DNA of 64,000 nucleotides, taken from the IMG/VR virus record IMGVR_UViG_3300027796_000318; one strand, written 5' to 3'. A program made the translations under genes and the position numbers. The notes below the pieces were generated by a model, which saw only the letters and a program-made list of their open reading frames with translations, made no database searches and had not been told where the DNA came from. Shown here one piece after another: positions 8,077 to 16,866 of the stretch. Position 1 is the stretch's first letter; every line of letters starts with the position of its first letter. The stretch comes from a virus.

Positions 8077-8547
8077 TCATGCTGCCACCACGCCATTTTG
8101 GAGGTGCGGATTGCTCGCCAGCACGAACCGGAGCAGATGCCGGGCATCGGCTTCGTTGTCGTCGATCACCGGGACGTCGGTCGCCGCGATCATCGCCGCT
8201 TTGTCGGCTGCGCCGTTCCCGGTGGCGAATTTCTTGATGGCGCTGACCCCGACCGACATGACGCCGATTTGATGGTGCTGACTCCAGGCCAGCACCACGC
8301 CGACGAGCTGCCCGAACAGCGCCGCAGCTTTGCCGGGCTGGCGGAATGCGTCCTCCCACACGACCCATTCCAATCCGCCGGCGCGGTTTTTGACCTCGGT
8401 CAGAAAGGCCCGCAATTGGGCGTGGCGCTGGCCAGGGTGATTCCCCGTGGTCAGCACCAACCGGCCGCTCTCGATCCGCCCGTTCGACCGGCGAAGTGCC
8501 CATCCGGTCGTGGTGGCGATATCGAGGGCCAGCACCTGCGGCAACAT
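8077..8547 (-). CDS. RuvC-like Holliday junction resolvase
   Basis: LALDIATTTGWA...VVWED...IKKFATGNGAADKAAMI...DDNEADA. Confidence 0.9.
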   Translation of the reverse strand: MLPQVLALDIATTTGWALRRSNGRIESGRLVLTTGNHPGQRHAQLRAFLTEVKNRAGGLEWVVWEDAFRQPGKAAALFGQLVGVVLAWSQHHQIGVMSVGVSAIKKFATGNGAADKAAMIAATDVPVIDDNEADARHLLRFVLASNPHLQNGVVAA

Positions 8548-9272
8548 CAGCCAAGCCTTTCGGCGCGGACGTCCTGACCGCTGGCGGTGCGGTCAAACAG
8601 GGGGCAGTCATCCGGATCCGGCTCGACCCCGGCACCGTCGAAATCCAGTTCGGGCTGGTTGCTGGCAGGCGCGTCGGGCCGGGGCTGATCGCCTTCAAAG
8701 CATTCGGCGGCATCGGCCACCACGATCAGCACCTCAAGCCCCTGGCTGTCGGCCAGGGTGTGACGGTGTTCGCTGGTGCGTGAGCAGGTCATGACGGCCT
8801 CAACGCCCTTGTCGCCAAAGGTCACCTTCTTGACTTCGGCCAGGATCGTCTGCCGCCCGCCGGCCGCGATCGTACGGACGATACCGCGCACCAGCGCGCC
8901 AGACCGGACGGTCAGGTTTTCGATCAGCGCCTCCTGTTCACCGCAGCTCATCTGCTGCCAGGGCTTGGGGGTCTGCTTGATCACGTCGAGGAGATAGCCC
9001 GTGGTGTCGGCGGCGAGGGTGTGCATCTCGCCCAGCACGGCGAGGATATCGGCAGGCTCGAAGCCGGCCGACAGCAGCCCGGCGCTTCCCGCCTCGATGA
9101 CGTCCTCGCCCCGGGCCTCGGCCATGGCGGCTTGCATGTCGGCGAGAATCTTGGCGTCGTTATCGTTCATGACGTGATCCTTTCGTGCGGCCCGCACCTC
9201 GCGCCGGGCCTTTTTGACTGCGGCCTGTTCGGCGCGGGGGAGTTTCCAGAGGGGGGCGGGACGGGGCATCAC
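8547..9272 (-). CDS. Conserved hypothetical phage protein
   Basis: Coupled ORF in the PR operon; start uncertain. Confidence 0.6.
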   Translation of the reverse strand: MMPRPAPLWKLPRAEQAAVKKARREVRAARKDHVMNDNDAKILADMQAAMAEARGEDVIEAGSAGLLSAGFEPADILAVLGEMHTLAADTTGYLLDVIKQTPKPWQQMSCGEQEALIENLTVRSGALVRGIVRTIAAGGRQTILAEVKKVTFGDKGVEAVMTCSRTSEHRHTLADSQGLEVLIVVADAAECFEGDQPRPDAPASNQPELDFDGAGVEPDPDDCPLFDRTASGQDVRAERLG

Positions 9273-9640
9273 GCACCCCCTGTGACACGTCCTGTCACAT
9301 CAATGCGGTATCCGACCGCCGCCGCCCAACAGGCCGCCTCGGCCAGGGATGGGGACACGGTGCCGCGCTCCCAGCGGGAGACGGTTTCGCGCGCCACCCC
9401 AAGGGCGGCGGCAACTTGGTCTTGGGTCAGGCCGGCGGATTTGCGCGCTGCCGCCAACTGGCCCGGAATGGCCCGGGCTGCACCGGATGCGGCGGCAAGC
9501 GTCATGCGACCACCGACGTCGTTGTCGAGCTTGGCGAGCGCCCTTCCGGCGGTGGCAATGCCTCCGATTTTGGCCATTTCCAGATCCCTTTCATTGCCCC
9601 GCCCTCGTCCGGCGGGGCTTTTCGTTGCATCAGCCGTCAC
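9269..9640 (-). CDS. XRE HTH protein
   Basis: ARKSAGLTQDQVAAALGVARETVSRWERG. Confidence 0.8.
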   Translation of the reverse strand: MTADATKSPAGRGRGNERDLEMAKIGGIATAGRALAKLDNDVGGRMTLAAASGAARAIPGQLAAARKSAGLTQDQVAAALGVARETVSRWERGTVSPSLAEAACWAAAVGYRIDVTGRVTGGA

Positions 9641-10095
9641 GCGATTTCCTGACCCGACAGCGGCTGAGCCACAGTTCGGCCCGGGCCGTGTGCCAGTCCG
9701 CCCAGCGGTGATGTCTCCGCTGCATCCGGGGTGCGATAAGCGCCACCACCCACGCGGTCAGGCGCAAAATGAGGTTCATTTAGTCGTGCCTCCTGCTCGG
9801 CCTCGATCCTGGCGAGGCGGTCTTTGATTGCCCGGATCTCGGCGAGACGATCGGCGTGGTCGTCGGGGGAGATCTCGGCGGATCGGGCAATCGCATCCAG
9901 CACGCCGGCAATGCGGGAGAAGATCTCCAGACCCAGGCCGGCGCGGTAATTTCGAATCGTGCTGATCGACAAACCGTGGCGCTGAGCGAGCGTCTTCAAC
10001 GGGGCGCTGTACCAGTAAGCGCGCAGCCGATCGTCAAAATCGTCGCTGTCAAGCGCGGTGATTGGCATTTTATTGCCTTTCGATTGGCAAGACAT
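9637..10095 (-). CDS. CII-position HTH protein
   Basis: LKTLAQRHGLSISTIRNYRAG; second gene of the PR operon. Confidence 0.6.
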   Translation of the reverse strand: MSCQSKGNKMPITALDSDDFDDRLRAYWYSAPLKTLAQRHGLSISTIRNYRAGLGLEIFSRIAGVLDAIARSAEISPDDHADRLAEIRAIKDRLARIEAEQEARLNEPHFAPDRVGGGAYRTPDAAETSPLGGLAHGPGRTVAQPLSGQEIA

Positions 10096-10341
10096 TGTGC
10101 GTTCCTCCGCATACCTTGAGGGCATGCAGGGTATTACTCCTTAAGGTGACGAAATGACCCAGCCCCCGAAACGCATCCAGGCAAACAAGCGGCGCGCTCG
10201 TAGGGGCAGAGACGGTTTTGATCAGGTCGCCCTGGCAGGCGATCGGATCAAGAAAGAGTGACCATCCACAGACCACAGCAACCGCTCTCGCCGGGCTGGT
10301 ACCCGGTGAGCGGCGGTTGCTGTGATTCGTGGGGGTGGGCA

Positions 10342-10572
10342 TTAGGCGGCCTCACCAGAGGCGCAATTAAGTGGCCCAAAAACATCGGGGCGAAGTTGGT
10401 CGGGGGAGACCCTCCCTTTGAACGCCCGACAAATGTCCGGGACCACTTCGGCAGGGATCTTTCTCCCTGGCTGCCCGTATTTTTTGACTGTGTTGCGCGA
10501 ACGCTTAATGTGTTTTGCCAGCCACCCTAGGGTGACGCCGTGTTCGCGGCAGAGTGTCGATAGCTTTGTCAT
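10342..10572 (-). CDS. Cro-like (YdaS family) regulator
   Basis: HTH plus LRPDVFG motif; divergent from the repressor. Confidence 0.88.
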   Translation of the reverse strand: MTKLSTLCREHGVTLGWLAKHIKRSRNTVKKYGQPGRKIPAEVVPDICRAFKGRVSPDQLRPDVFGPLNCASGEAA

Positions 10573-10577
10573 GGACG

Positions 10578-10672
10578 CATAGTACCCAATATGGGTTCTT
10601 TGCGCAAGCTATCAGGAGATGAAATTGATCCCGTATTGGGGTGTTAATGATAATGCCCAATTAGGGTACGAT
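10578..10672. promoter_or_regulatory. OR region with PR and PRM
   Basis: Operators CCCAATATGGG (within 10582-10598), CCCGTATTGGG (10630), CCCAATTAGGG (10656); PR TTGCGC-17-TACTAT; PRM TTAATG-17-TACGAT. Confidence 0.8.
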
Positions 10673-10678
10673 TGGCGC

Positions 10679-10996
10679 ATGAAATATCCTAATCGCCTAA
10701 AACAAATGCGGCAAAAAGCGCATCTTTCCCAAGAGCAGCTTGCGCAAAAAATTAATTCAGGACGCTCAACAATTCAAAAATATGAATCTGGGGAGCGAGG
10801 GTTGTCTGATGATGTGAAGAAAAAACTGTCCGCAGCTTTAATGTGCGAGCCGTGGGAGCTTATGGAAGATAGCCTGGCACCCGAAGGACGCCAGGCTGAA
10901 TTGCTCCAGTTGTACAAAACTCTCTTGCCCGACGAAAAGAGACTCCTTCTTGAGACAGCTAGGGCTTTTGTGAACAGTCGGCATCAGGACTCTTAA
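10679..10996 (+). CDS. CI-like repressor without S24 peptidase domain
   Basis: NRLKQMRQKAHLSQEQLAQKINSGRSTIQKYESG plus a short helical C-terminus. Confidence 0.88.
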   Translation: MKYPNRLKQMRQKAHLSQEQLAQKINSGRSTIQKYESGERGLSDDVKKKLSAALMCEPWELMEDSLAPEGRQAELLQLYKTLLPDEKRLLLETARAFVNSRHQDS

Positions 10997-11105
10997 CTCT
11001 CCGCTTGATAAGGGTGCGGGCCAGATCAATCAGCACCCTTATTTCTTCTTCTCCCAGCCCTGAAATTGCTTTCACAAGGTCACATTCATCCCTTGAGAGA
11101 GCCAT
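10959..11105 (-). CDS. 48-aa protein resembling the repressor C-terminal helices (candidate antirepressor)
   Basis: MALSRDECDLVKAISGLGEEEIRVLIDLARTLIKRRVKSPDADCSQKP with GGAGA SD; manual translation. Confidence 0.6.
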   Translation of the reverse strand: MALSRDECDLVKAISGLGEEEIRVLIDLARTLIKRRVKSPDADCSQKP

Positions 11106-11596
11106 CCGCAGTATCTCCTTAGTCCCCGGTGTTAAGACACCCCTTCAGCTCGGTATACTTATACCGAGCCTTCGTCATCGGGCCGCGCCGGATTCTTCGA
11201 CCAGCTTTCACTTCACACCTGCCCCCTATCCTAGAGACATGCCCGTCGGTCATGGTGCATGCCTTATACTGTGACTGTCCATACAATTTATGGCTATTGA
11301 ACGAGGAAAAAAAATCACACTACAATCTTGCTTTAAGGAAAAAAGTACCTACCGACAGTGTGTTGAAATAAAAATGACAAATTGATGTCTCGTTTTGTTT
11401 TTTAATTTTTTAGATGGCATTTCATTTATCGATAGATAAGCGATTTAAGTATTTTGTTTCTCGGTGATTGCTTATGAGTTAGTAAGAATTATTAAAATAT
11501 TTATTGCCAATTTGGTCTTAGCTACAAAACGGGGTCGATCTCCAGGGTGAAGAGGTGGGGTGATACCACCCCTTTGCTCCCGCCCTTTAGTAGCAA

Positions 11597-11652
11597 GTAC
11601 CCAATATGGGTTCATTGTTGGCTTGACCAATTGTCCCCAATATGGGTACATT
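11597..11652 (+). promoter_or_regulatory. OL/PL region
   Basis: GTACCCAATATGGGTTC identical to the OR copy; second CCCAATATGGG at 11636; TTGACC-18-TACATT. Confidence 0.8.
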
Positions 11653-11740
11653 GATCCTCATCAGCCCCCGCTGACCCGGCGCAATCCCGCGCCGGACCGC
11701 AGGCCGACGCTTTCCCGGGCGTCGGCCAAAGGGAGGGAAG

Positions 11741-12208
11741 ATGCGAAAAATTTCCACTCGTGGCCGTCTCGAAGATGGCGCCCCCAACCCGGTTGACGTG
11801 CATGTCGGCGCCAGGATGCGCCTCCGCCGGACGCTGCTCGGCATCAGCCAGGAGAAGCTGGGCGAGGCGATCGGTCTGACCTTCCAGCAGATCCAGAAAT
11901 ACGAGCGCGGCACCAACCGCATCAGCGCCTCGCGGCTGTTCGATCTGGCCCGCGTCCTCGATGTGCCGATCTCGTTCTTCTTCGACGACATGCCCGACGC
12001 GGCGGCGGCGTCGAGCCCGTCCGCAGTGATCACCGGCACCGCCATGGCGACCTCTGATCCGGTGGCGCGGGCGACGCGGACCTGGCCGGAGATGGCCCAG
12101 GTCGCCGCCGATCTGATGGCGATCGATATCCAGACCCGGAAGACCTTCGCCTCCATGATTCGGCTTACGGCCGAGGCGCAGGCCAGCGTCCGGCAGGCGG
12201 CGGAATAG
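11741..12208 (+). CDS. XRE regulator of the host-like alphaproteobacterial type
   Basis: PNPVDVHVGARMRLRRTLLGISQEKLGEAIGLTFQQIQKYERGTNRISASRL. Confidence 0.9.
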   Translation: MRKISTRGRLEDGAPNPVDVHVGARMRLRRTLLGISQEKLGEAIGLTFQQIQKYERGTNRISASRLFDLARVLDVPISFFFDDMPDAAAASSPSAVITGTAMATSDPVARATRTWPEMAQVAADLMAIDIQTRKTFASMIRLTAEAQASVRQAAE

Positions 12209-12219
12209 GGGGCACGATC

Positions 12220-12642
12220 ATGAACACTGAATCCCCCGCCACCATTACCGCGCCGCACGACGGCACGGGCACGCCGGTCGAGGCCGACGGCGGGGCCATA
12301 GAGGAGGGACCGGCCATGACGACTGAGATCATCTTCCGGCACAAGGAACAGCGGCGGCACGACAACGCCAAGCGTTTCCTGGGAACGCCGTTGGCGGCGA
12401 ACGCGGCTTTTGCAGCCCGCGCGCACGATATCATCAATAACAGCGCTGAAAATCTCTCGCTGCTCGATCATTTGCGGTGTGATTTTGCTGTCATCCGGGA
12501 CGACGAGGTTGTCTACCCGCGTCGTCTGTTTGACGATAACGACGCCGCCCTTGCCGAAATTCAGGCCGCCAATAAGCGCGCCGATGAGCAGATCGCCGCC
12601 ATCACGCAAGCGGCGCTTGCCTCTTTCCGCGCGGAGGGCTGA
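12220..12642 (+). CDS. Hypothetical PL-operon protein
   Basis: ORF with SD in the operon. Confidence 0.6.
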   Translation: MNTESPATITAPHDGTGTPVEADGGAIEEGPAMTTEIIFRHKEQRRHDNAKRFLGTPLAANAAFAARAHDIINNSAENLSLLDHLRCDFAVIRDDEVVYPRRLFDDNDAALAEIQAANKRADEQIAAITQAALASFRAEG

Positions 12643-12727
12643 TCAATGACCGCCCCGATCCTCACCACCCTTGTCGTGCTGCTGGCCACGCTGGCGGCCG
12701 CGTCCATCCCCACCGGGAGGGCTTGAT

Positions 12728-12937
12728 ATGGCTTACGTGTCGATCCTCACCGCTGGCGAGATCAATGTCCGCCGCACGGTGAATCTTGCCGGCCAACCCA
12801 CGGGAGGCCTGACCGTGACTGTCGGGCACGCCGTCCTCCAGATCACCTCTGGCGAGGGCCGGGCCTTGGTCTCCCAGATCAACGCCACCTTGGCCCATGA
12901 CGAAGCCACTGCCCCCGCCCTCCTTGCTGCGGAGTGA
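12728..12937 (+). CDS. Hypothetical protein
   Basis: Coupled ORF, GGAGG SD. Confidence 0.55.
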   Translation: MAYVSILTAGEINVRRTVNLAGQPTGGLTVTVGHAVLQITSGEGRALVSQINATLAHDEATAPALLAAE

Positions 12938-13266
12938 TGATCATGCTGCACGGATACGATTTTACCCATCCCATGACCCTGGTCAGATCCGGCCTCGCGC
13001 TGGGCGATGAGATTGAGATCGAGGGCACGGCCCGCTTTTACCTGACCGGTGATGGCCCGCAGATCGAACGCATCGACCTGTATGGCGTGCCCGTCGATGT
13101 TCCGCCCCGGACGGACGGTAAGCCGCATAAGCCGGTCTACCGCGAGTTGGCCCCGTCTGATCTGCTTTGGCAGCAGATTGCCGCGTGGCTGGTTGATGAG
13201 CGCGGCCAGGCCATGGCCGATAGCGCCCGCGCTGATGCGTGGGCCGCCAAGGGGAGGGCCGCGTGA
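12934..13266 (+). CDS. Hypothetical protein
   Basis: Overlapping start/stop coupling. Confidence 0.6.
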   Translation: MMIMLHGYDFTHPMTLVRSGLALGDEIEIEGTARFYLTGDGPQIERIDLYGVPVDVPPRTDGKPHKPVYRELAPSDLLWQQIAAWLVDERGQAMADSARADAWAAKGRAA

Positions 13267-13439
13267 TGCCGGCCCTTGGCTCCCCCGTCACCGTGACCGC
13301 GCCGGACTATGCCGGCCCGGCCACCATCGTTGGCCGCTCGACCTGGGCACACGGGTCGATCCCCGCCGGATATCGCGTCCGGCTGCCCGCCGGCGACACG
13401 CTGCGGGTGATGCCGAGAGAGATCGAGGTAGCGTCATGA
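13266..13439 (+). CDS. Hypothetical protein
   Basis: TGATG coupling. Confidence 0.5.
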   Translation: MPALGSPVTVTAPDYAGPATIVGRSTWAHGSIPAGYRVRLPAGDTLRVMPREIEVAS

Positions 13440-13943
13440 GCCGGCTTGCCATTGTTCCTCTCGACTTGGCCGAGGCCAACGCCTTCACCGAGCAGTATCA
13501 CCGCCACCATCGCCCTGTGATCGGGCACAAATTCAGCCTGGGCGCGGCGCTGGAGGGCGTCATTGTTGGTGTGGCGATCGTCGGGCGCCCAACGTCCCGT
13601 CATCGCGATGATGGCCTGACGCTGGAGGTGACGCGGCTCTGCACGGACGGCACCCGTAACGCCTGCTCGGCCCTCTATGGCGCCGCAGCTCGAGCTGCGT
13701 TCGCCCTTGGCTACCACCGGATCGGGACGTACATCGCTCGCCAGCGAGACCGGGGCCAGCCTCCGCGCCGCCGGGTGGCGCTTGATTGGCGAGCGTGGCG
13801 GCGGGTCTTGGTCCCGCCTAGGTCGGCCGCGCGTCGATACCCACCCGACCGAGCCCAAGTTGCTGTTCGAGCAATACCCCTCCGGCCGGCGCCTGCGCGT
13901 CGGGCCGGGCGAGGTCAGCGCCGAGGAGGTGCGACATGGTTGA
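13436..13943 (+). pseudogene. XF1762-family (Mom-like GNAT) protein with +1 frameshift near 13736
   Basis: EANAFTEQYHRHH...LEVTRLCTDGTRNACSALY...TYI in one frame continues LASETGASLRAAGW in another. Confidence 0.75.
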
Positions 13944-14460
13944 CAGATCCGAATGGTCAGAGGCAGAGCTTGAGACACTTCTGAACATTGACGAAAAGCG
14001 CGAATGGCTGCGGGAGGCGTGGGAAAAACGAATTGCCATTCCGACCTTAAAAGGCCGCTTATCCGCTCGCATGTCGGACTTTTTGACTAACCATCAGGTT
14101 GCATGGTGCTGGTTTATTCATGACCTTGATATCCCGATTTGCAAGGAATGGGAGAGGGAAGAGCAAAAGGAGATTTCTCACAGCTGGGAAGTTAGGGTTG
14201 TTTATAACGATGTTTCAGCAGGTCCGTGGCAAGCTTACCCAGAAGCGGGTTCCACGGTTGGGTCGCTGGTTGACCTTTTAACCAAGACTTACGGGCGCGA
14301 TCCTGAATTATGCCCCTTTGGGTGGAACCGTTCTATTGTCGGTGATTTTACGAGGCGCTACCAATATCGGTGCGTCAAATGCCCGCCCCTGAAACTTCCG
14401 ACCAAGGCTGAAGTTTCCGCCCTGATTGCCCAGGCCGAAGGCCGGGACGGTGCGGCATGA
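13936..14460 (+). CDS. Hypothetical protein, lower GC
   Basis: Coupled ORF, visibly more AT-rich than neighbours. Confidence 0.65.
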   Translation: MVDRSEWSEAELETLLNIDEKREWLREAWEKRIAIPTLKGRLSARMSDFLTNHQVAWCWFIHDLDIPICKEWEREEQKEISHSWEVRVVYNDVSAGPWQAYPEAGSTVGSLVDLLTKTYGRDPELCPFGWNRSIVGDFTRRYQYRCVKCPPLKLPTKAEVSALIAQAEGRDGAA

Positions 14461-15152
14461 CTGACCGCCCGATCAATTTCCGCGATTTCGAGGTCCGAGC
14501 CGTGATGAACGGGAGGAAGACGCAGGTGCGGCGGGTGCTGAAGGGTGTTCCGCCGATGCTGGAGATGAACTGCCACCCCAATAACGAGCCGCGCCATGAG
14601 CGTCCCTATCTCGACTCCTATTGCGGGGAGCGGCCCGCGCCAAACAATCCGCGCGGCATGACCGATCGCTGGCTTTGGTGGCAGGTTGACGACCGGGCAT
14701 GCTTGCCAGAGTTCAAGGTTCCGTTCGTCCCTGGAGACCGGCTGTGGGTGCGGGAGACGTGGTGCGATTTTGGGACAAAGGATCGCGGTCCCTTTGGCTT
14801 TCGGGCTGATTCTCCGGACGGATCATCGCGCCTCCGGTGTGACGCGCCGTGGCGTCCCTCCATCCGCATGCCGCGCCGGGCGAGCCGCCTGACCCTCCTG
14901 GTCGACGCGGTGCGGGTGGAGCGCCTCCAGGACATCAGCGAGGAGGACGCGTGGGCGGAGGGGGTCGCCCGCTTTGTCTACGATGGGGAGGGGTCATTCT
15001 ATCTGTCCGATAAGGGCACATACCGCTGCGGCTTTGCCGGCTTCTGGACCTGCCTCCACGGCCTTGACGCATGGATGGCCAACCCGTGGGTCGCCGCCGT
15101 CACCTTCCGCGTGGTGCTGGGCAACATTGATCAGATCGAGGTGGCGCAATGA
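14457..15152 (+). CDS. ASCH/PUA-like domain phage protein
   Basis: GRKTQVRR...GDRLWVRETW...WRPSIRMPRRASRLTLLVDAVRVERLQDISEEDAWAEG. Confidence 0.8.
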   Translation: MTDRPINFRDFEVRAVMNGRKTQVRRVLKGVPPMLEMNCHPNNEPRHERPYLDSYCGERPAPNNPRGMTDRWLWWQVDDRACLPEFKVPFVPGDRLWVRETWCDFGTKDRGPFGFRADSPDGSSRLRCDAPWRPSIRMPRRASRLTLLVDAVRVERLQDISEEDAWAEGVARFVYDGEGSFYLSDKGTYRCGFAGFWTCLHGLDAWMANPWVAAVTFRVVLGNIDQIEVAQ

Positions 15153-15577
15153 CCGCCCCGATCTGCCCGACCTGCGGCAAGCCGGCCGCCGCGACCAAAA
15201 CCCGTTATGGCCTGCGGCATTCCTGCTGCGGCCTGTGGTCCTGGGACGGGAAGCCGCTGGTGTCGGCCGAAATCCACCGAGCGCGCAACCACTGCCACGA
15301 GGTGGTTGACCAGTTATGGAAAAACGCGCCGTCCCTCTATGACATTGAGGAGAGACCCGGCACCGACGGTTATGCCCGCACCGTCAAGCGCATCCAGAAG
15401 AGAGCCCGTGGTCGCGTTTACCCCTGGCTAGCCGCCGTCACCGGCCTACCCGAGCCCGAATGCCACATGGCAGCCCAGGCCGATATCGAGAAGCTGCGTC
15501 TGATCTGGCGCGCCGCAGCCGCAGCCACGCCCGCCACGGTCCGGGATTGGGCCAAGCAGCAGGAGCCCCGCCAATGA
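15149..15577 (+). CDS. Zinc-finger protein (DUF3268-like)
   Basis: CPTCG...CCG...RARNHCHEVVDQLWK...ECHMA. Confidence 0.65.
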   Translation: MTAPICPTCGKPAAATKTRYGLRHSCCGLWSWDGKPLVSAEIHRARNHCHEVVDQLWKNAPSLYDIEERPGTDGYARTVKRIQKRARGRVYPWLAAVTGLPEPECHMAAQADIEKLRLIWRAAAAATPATVRDWAKQQEPRQ

Positions 15578-15795
15578 CCAGCCTTTATTTCCCGCCCGGG
15601 ATCGTCCTCACCAAGAAAGACCGGATCGAGAGAGCGGCGACCAGGGTGAAGGCGATCGTCGATGAGAACGGGGGCTCGATCACAGCCGCCGACCTTTGCG
15701 CCGAATTGATCCGCCGGGGATGGGTCGAAGGCGACGCCATGCCGGAAGACCTTGGGCTCGACCCGGCCGACATCGTGACGAGGGCTTGCTCATGA
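15574..15795 (+). CDS. Hypothetical protein
   Basis: Coupled small ORF. Confidence 0.5.
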   Translation: MTSLYFPPGIVLTKKDRIERAATRVKAIVDENGGSITAADLCAELIRRGWVEGDAMPEDLGLDPADIVTRACS

Positions 15796-15885
15796 TCCCC
15801 CACCACATCCGCCGCAGCCTGCCGTGGCGCCTGCGCCGCCGCCGGGTGCGCCTGATCCGCAACATCCTGAGATGGAGCCGCTGAT

Positions 15886-16866
15886 ATGAACGAGATGTCT
15901 GCTCCGATCATCACCACCCCCGGCATCGTCCACGACATGCCAGCCGAGGTCTACCACGCCGACCCGTGCCCGGCGCCGAGTCTGTCGGCCGGGGGCGTCG
16001 ATACCATGCTTGACGAGTGCCCGGCCCGCTGGTGGTGGGGAAATCGCCGGCTCAACCCGGCGTGGGAGGCCACCGAAACTACTGCGTTCAGCATTGGCAA
16101 AGCCGCTCATATCGTTTTTCTGGAGCCGGGTCTGTTCGAATCGACGGTCTGCGTAATCGAAGCTGACGACTACAGGACCAAGGCTGCCAAAGCGGCCAGA
16201 GATGAGGCGATTGTCGCCGGTCAGATTCCCCTGCTGCCCGATCAACACCAGCAGATCCTTGATATGCGAGACTCTCTGTTCGCCAACAGCTTTGCCCGAG
16301 CGGCACTCGAGTTGCCGGGTCGCTCGGAAGTGTCGGCTTTCTGGCGCGACCCCGTTACCGATGTTTGGTGCCGCCTGCGGGCCGACCGGGTGCCGGACGA
16401 TCAGTCCTATCTGATCGATTACAAGACCGCGATCGACGCCAACCCACTCAACTTTGGCCGGGCGGCAGACAACCTCCGTTATTATCGCCGTGCCGCGTGG
16501 TATCTCGACGGGTGGCAACTAGCGACGGGCAATGAGCCAAAGCACTATTGGTTTGTCGTCCAGGAAAAAGCACCCCCTTATCTGGTCAGCGTTATCGAAC
16601 TGGACAGTTTCGCCCTCGAAGCTGGCCGCCAGGAAAACCGCGAAGCCCTCGACCTGTTCGCCCGCTGCCTTGAGCGCGGCACGCACCGCGCGGCGTGGCC
16701 CGGATACCGCCGCCGCGACAGCCTTGATCAGGACGCCGCCTTCCGGGTTGGCATCCCGCATTACGCCCACCAACGCATCCTCGATCGCGGCCAATTGATT
16801 ACCGAGCGCGCCGCGCCGGCAGCGATCCGCCGCACCGTCGAGAACGCCTTTATCCCCGGAGCATGA
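15886..16866 (+). CDS. RecE/exonuclease VIII-like PD-(D/E)xK nuclease
   Basis: YHADP...IGKAAH...CRLRADRV...LIDYKT...FVVQEKAPPY. Confidence 0.88.
   Translation: MNEMSAPIITTPGIVHDMPAEVYHADPCPAPSLSAGGVDTMLDECPARWWWGNRRLNPAWEATETTAFSIGKAAHIVFLEPGLFESTVCVIEADDYRTKAAKAARDEAIVAGQIPLLPDQHQQILDMRDSLFANSFARAALELPGRSEVSAFWRDPVTDVWCRLRADRVPDDQSYLIDYKTAIDANPLNFGRAADNLRYYRRAAWYLDGWQLATGNEPKHYWFVVQEKAPPYLVSVIELDSFALEAGRQENREALDLFARCLERGTHRAAWPGYRRRDSLDQDAAFRVGIPHYAHQRILDRGQLITERAAPAAIRRTVENAFIPGA

Noticed and set aside
11106-11200. 30-aa upstream ORF MKAGRRIRRG...
   Set aside because: Weak start, no recognisable motif; overlaps the palindrome, which is better read as an operator.
10959-11340. Alphaproteobacterial LexA box upstream of the candidate antirepressor
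   Set aside because: No GTTC-N7-GTTC or GAAC-N7-GAAC match found by eye.
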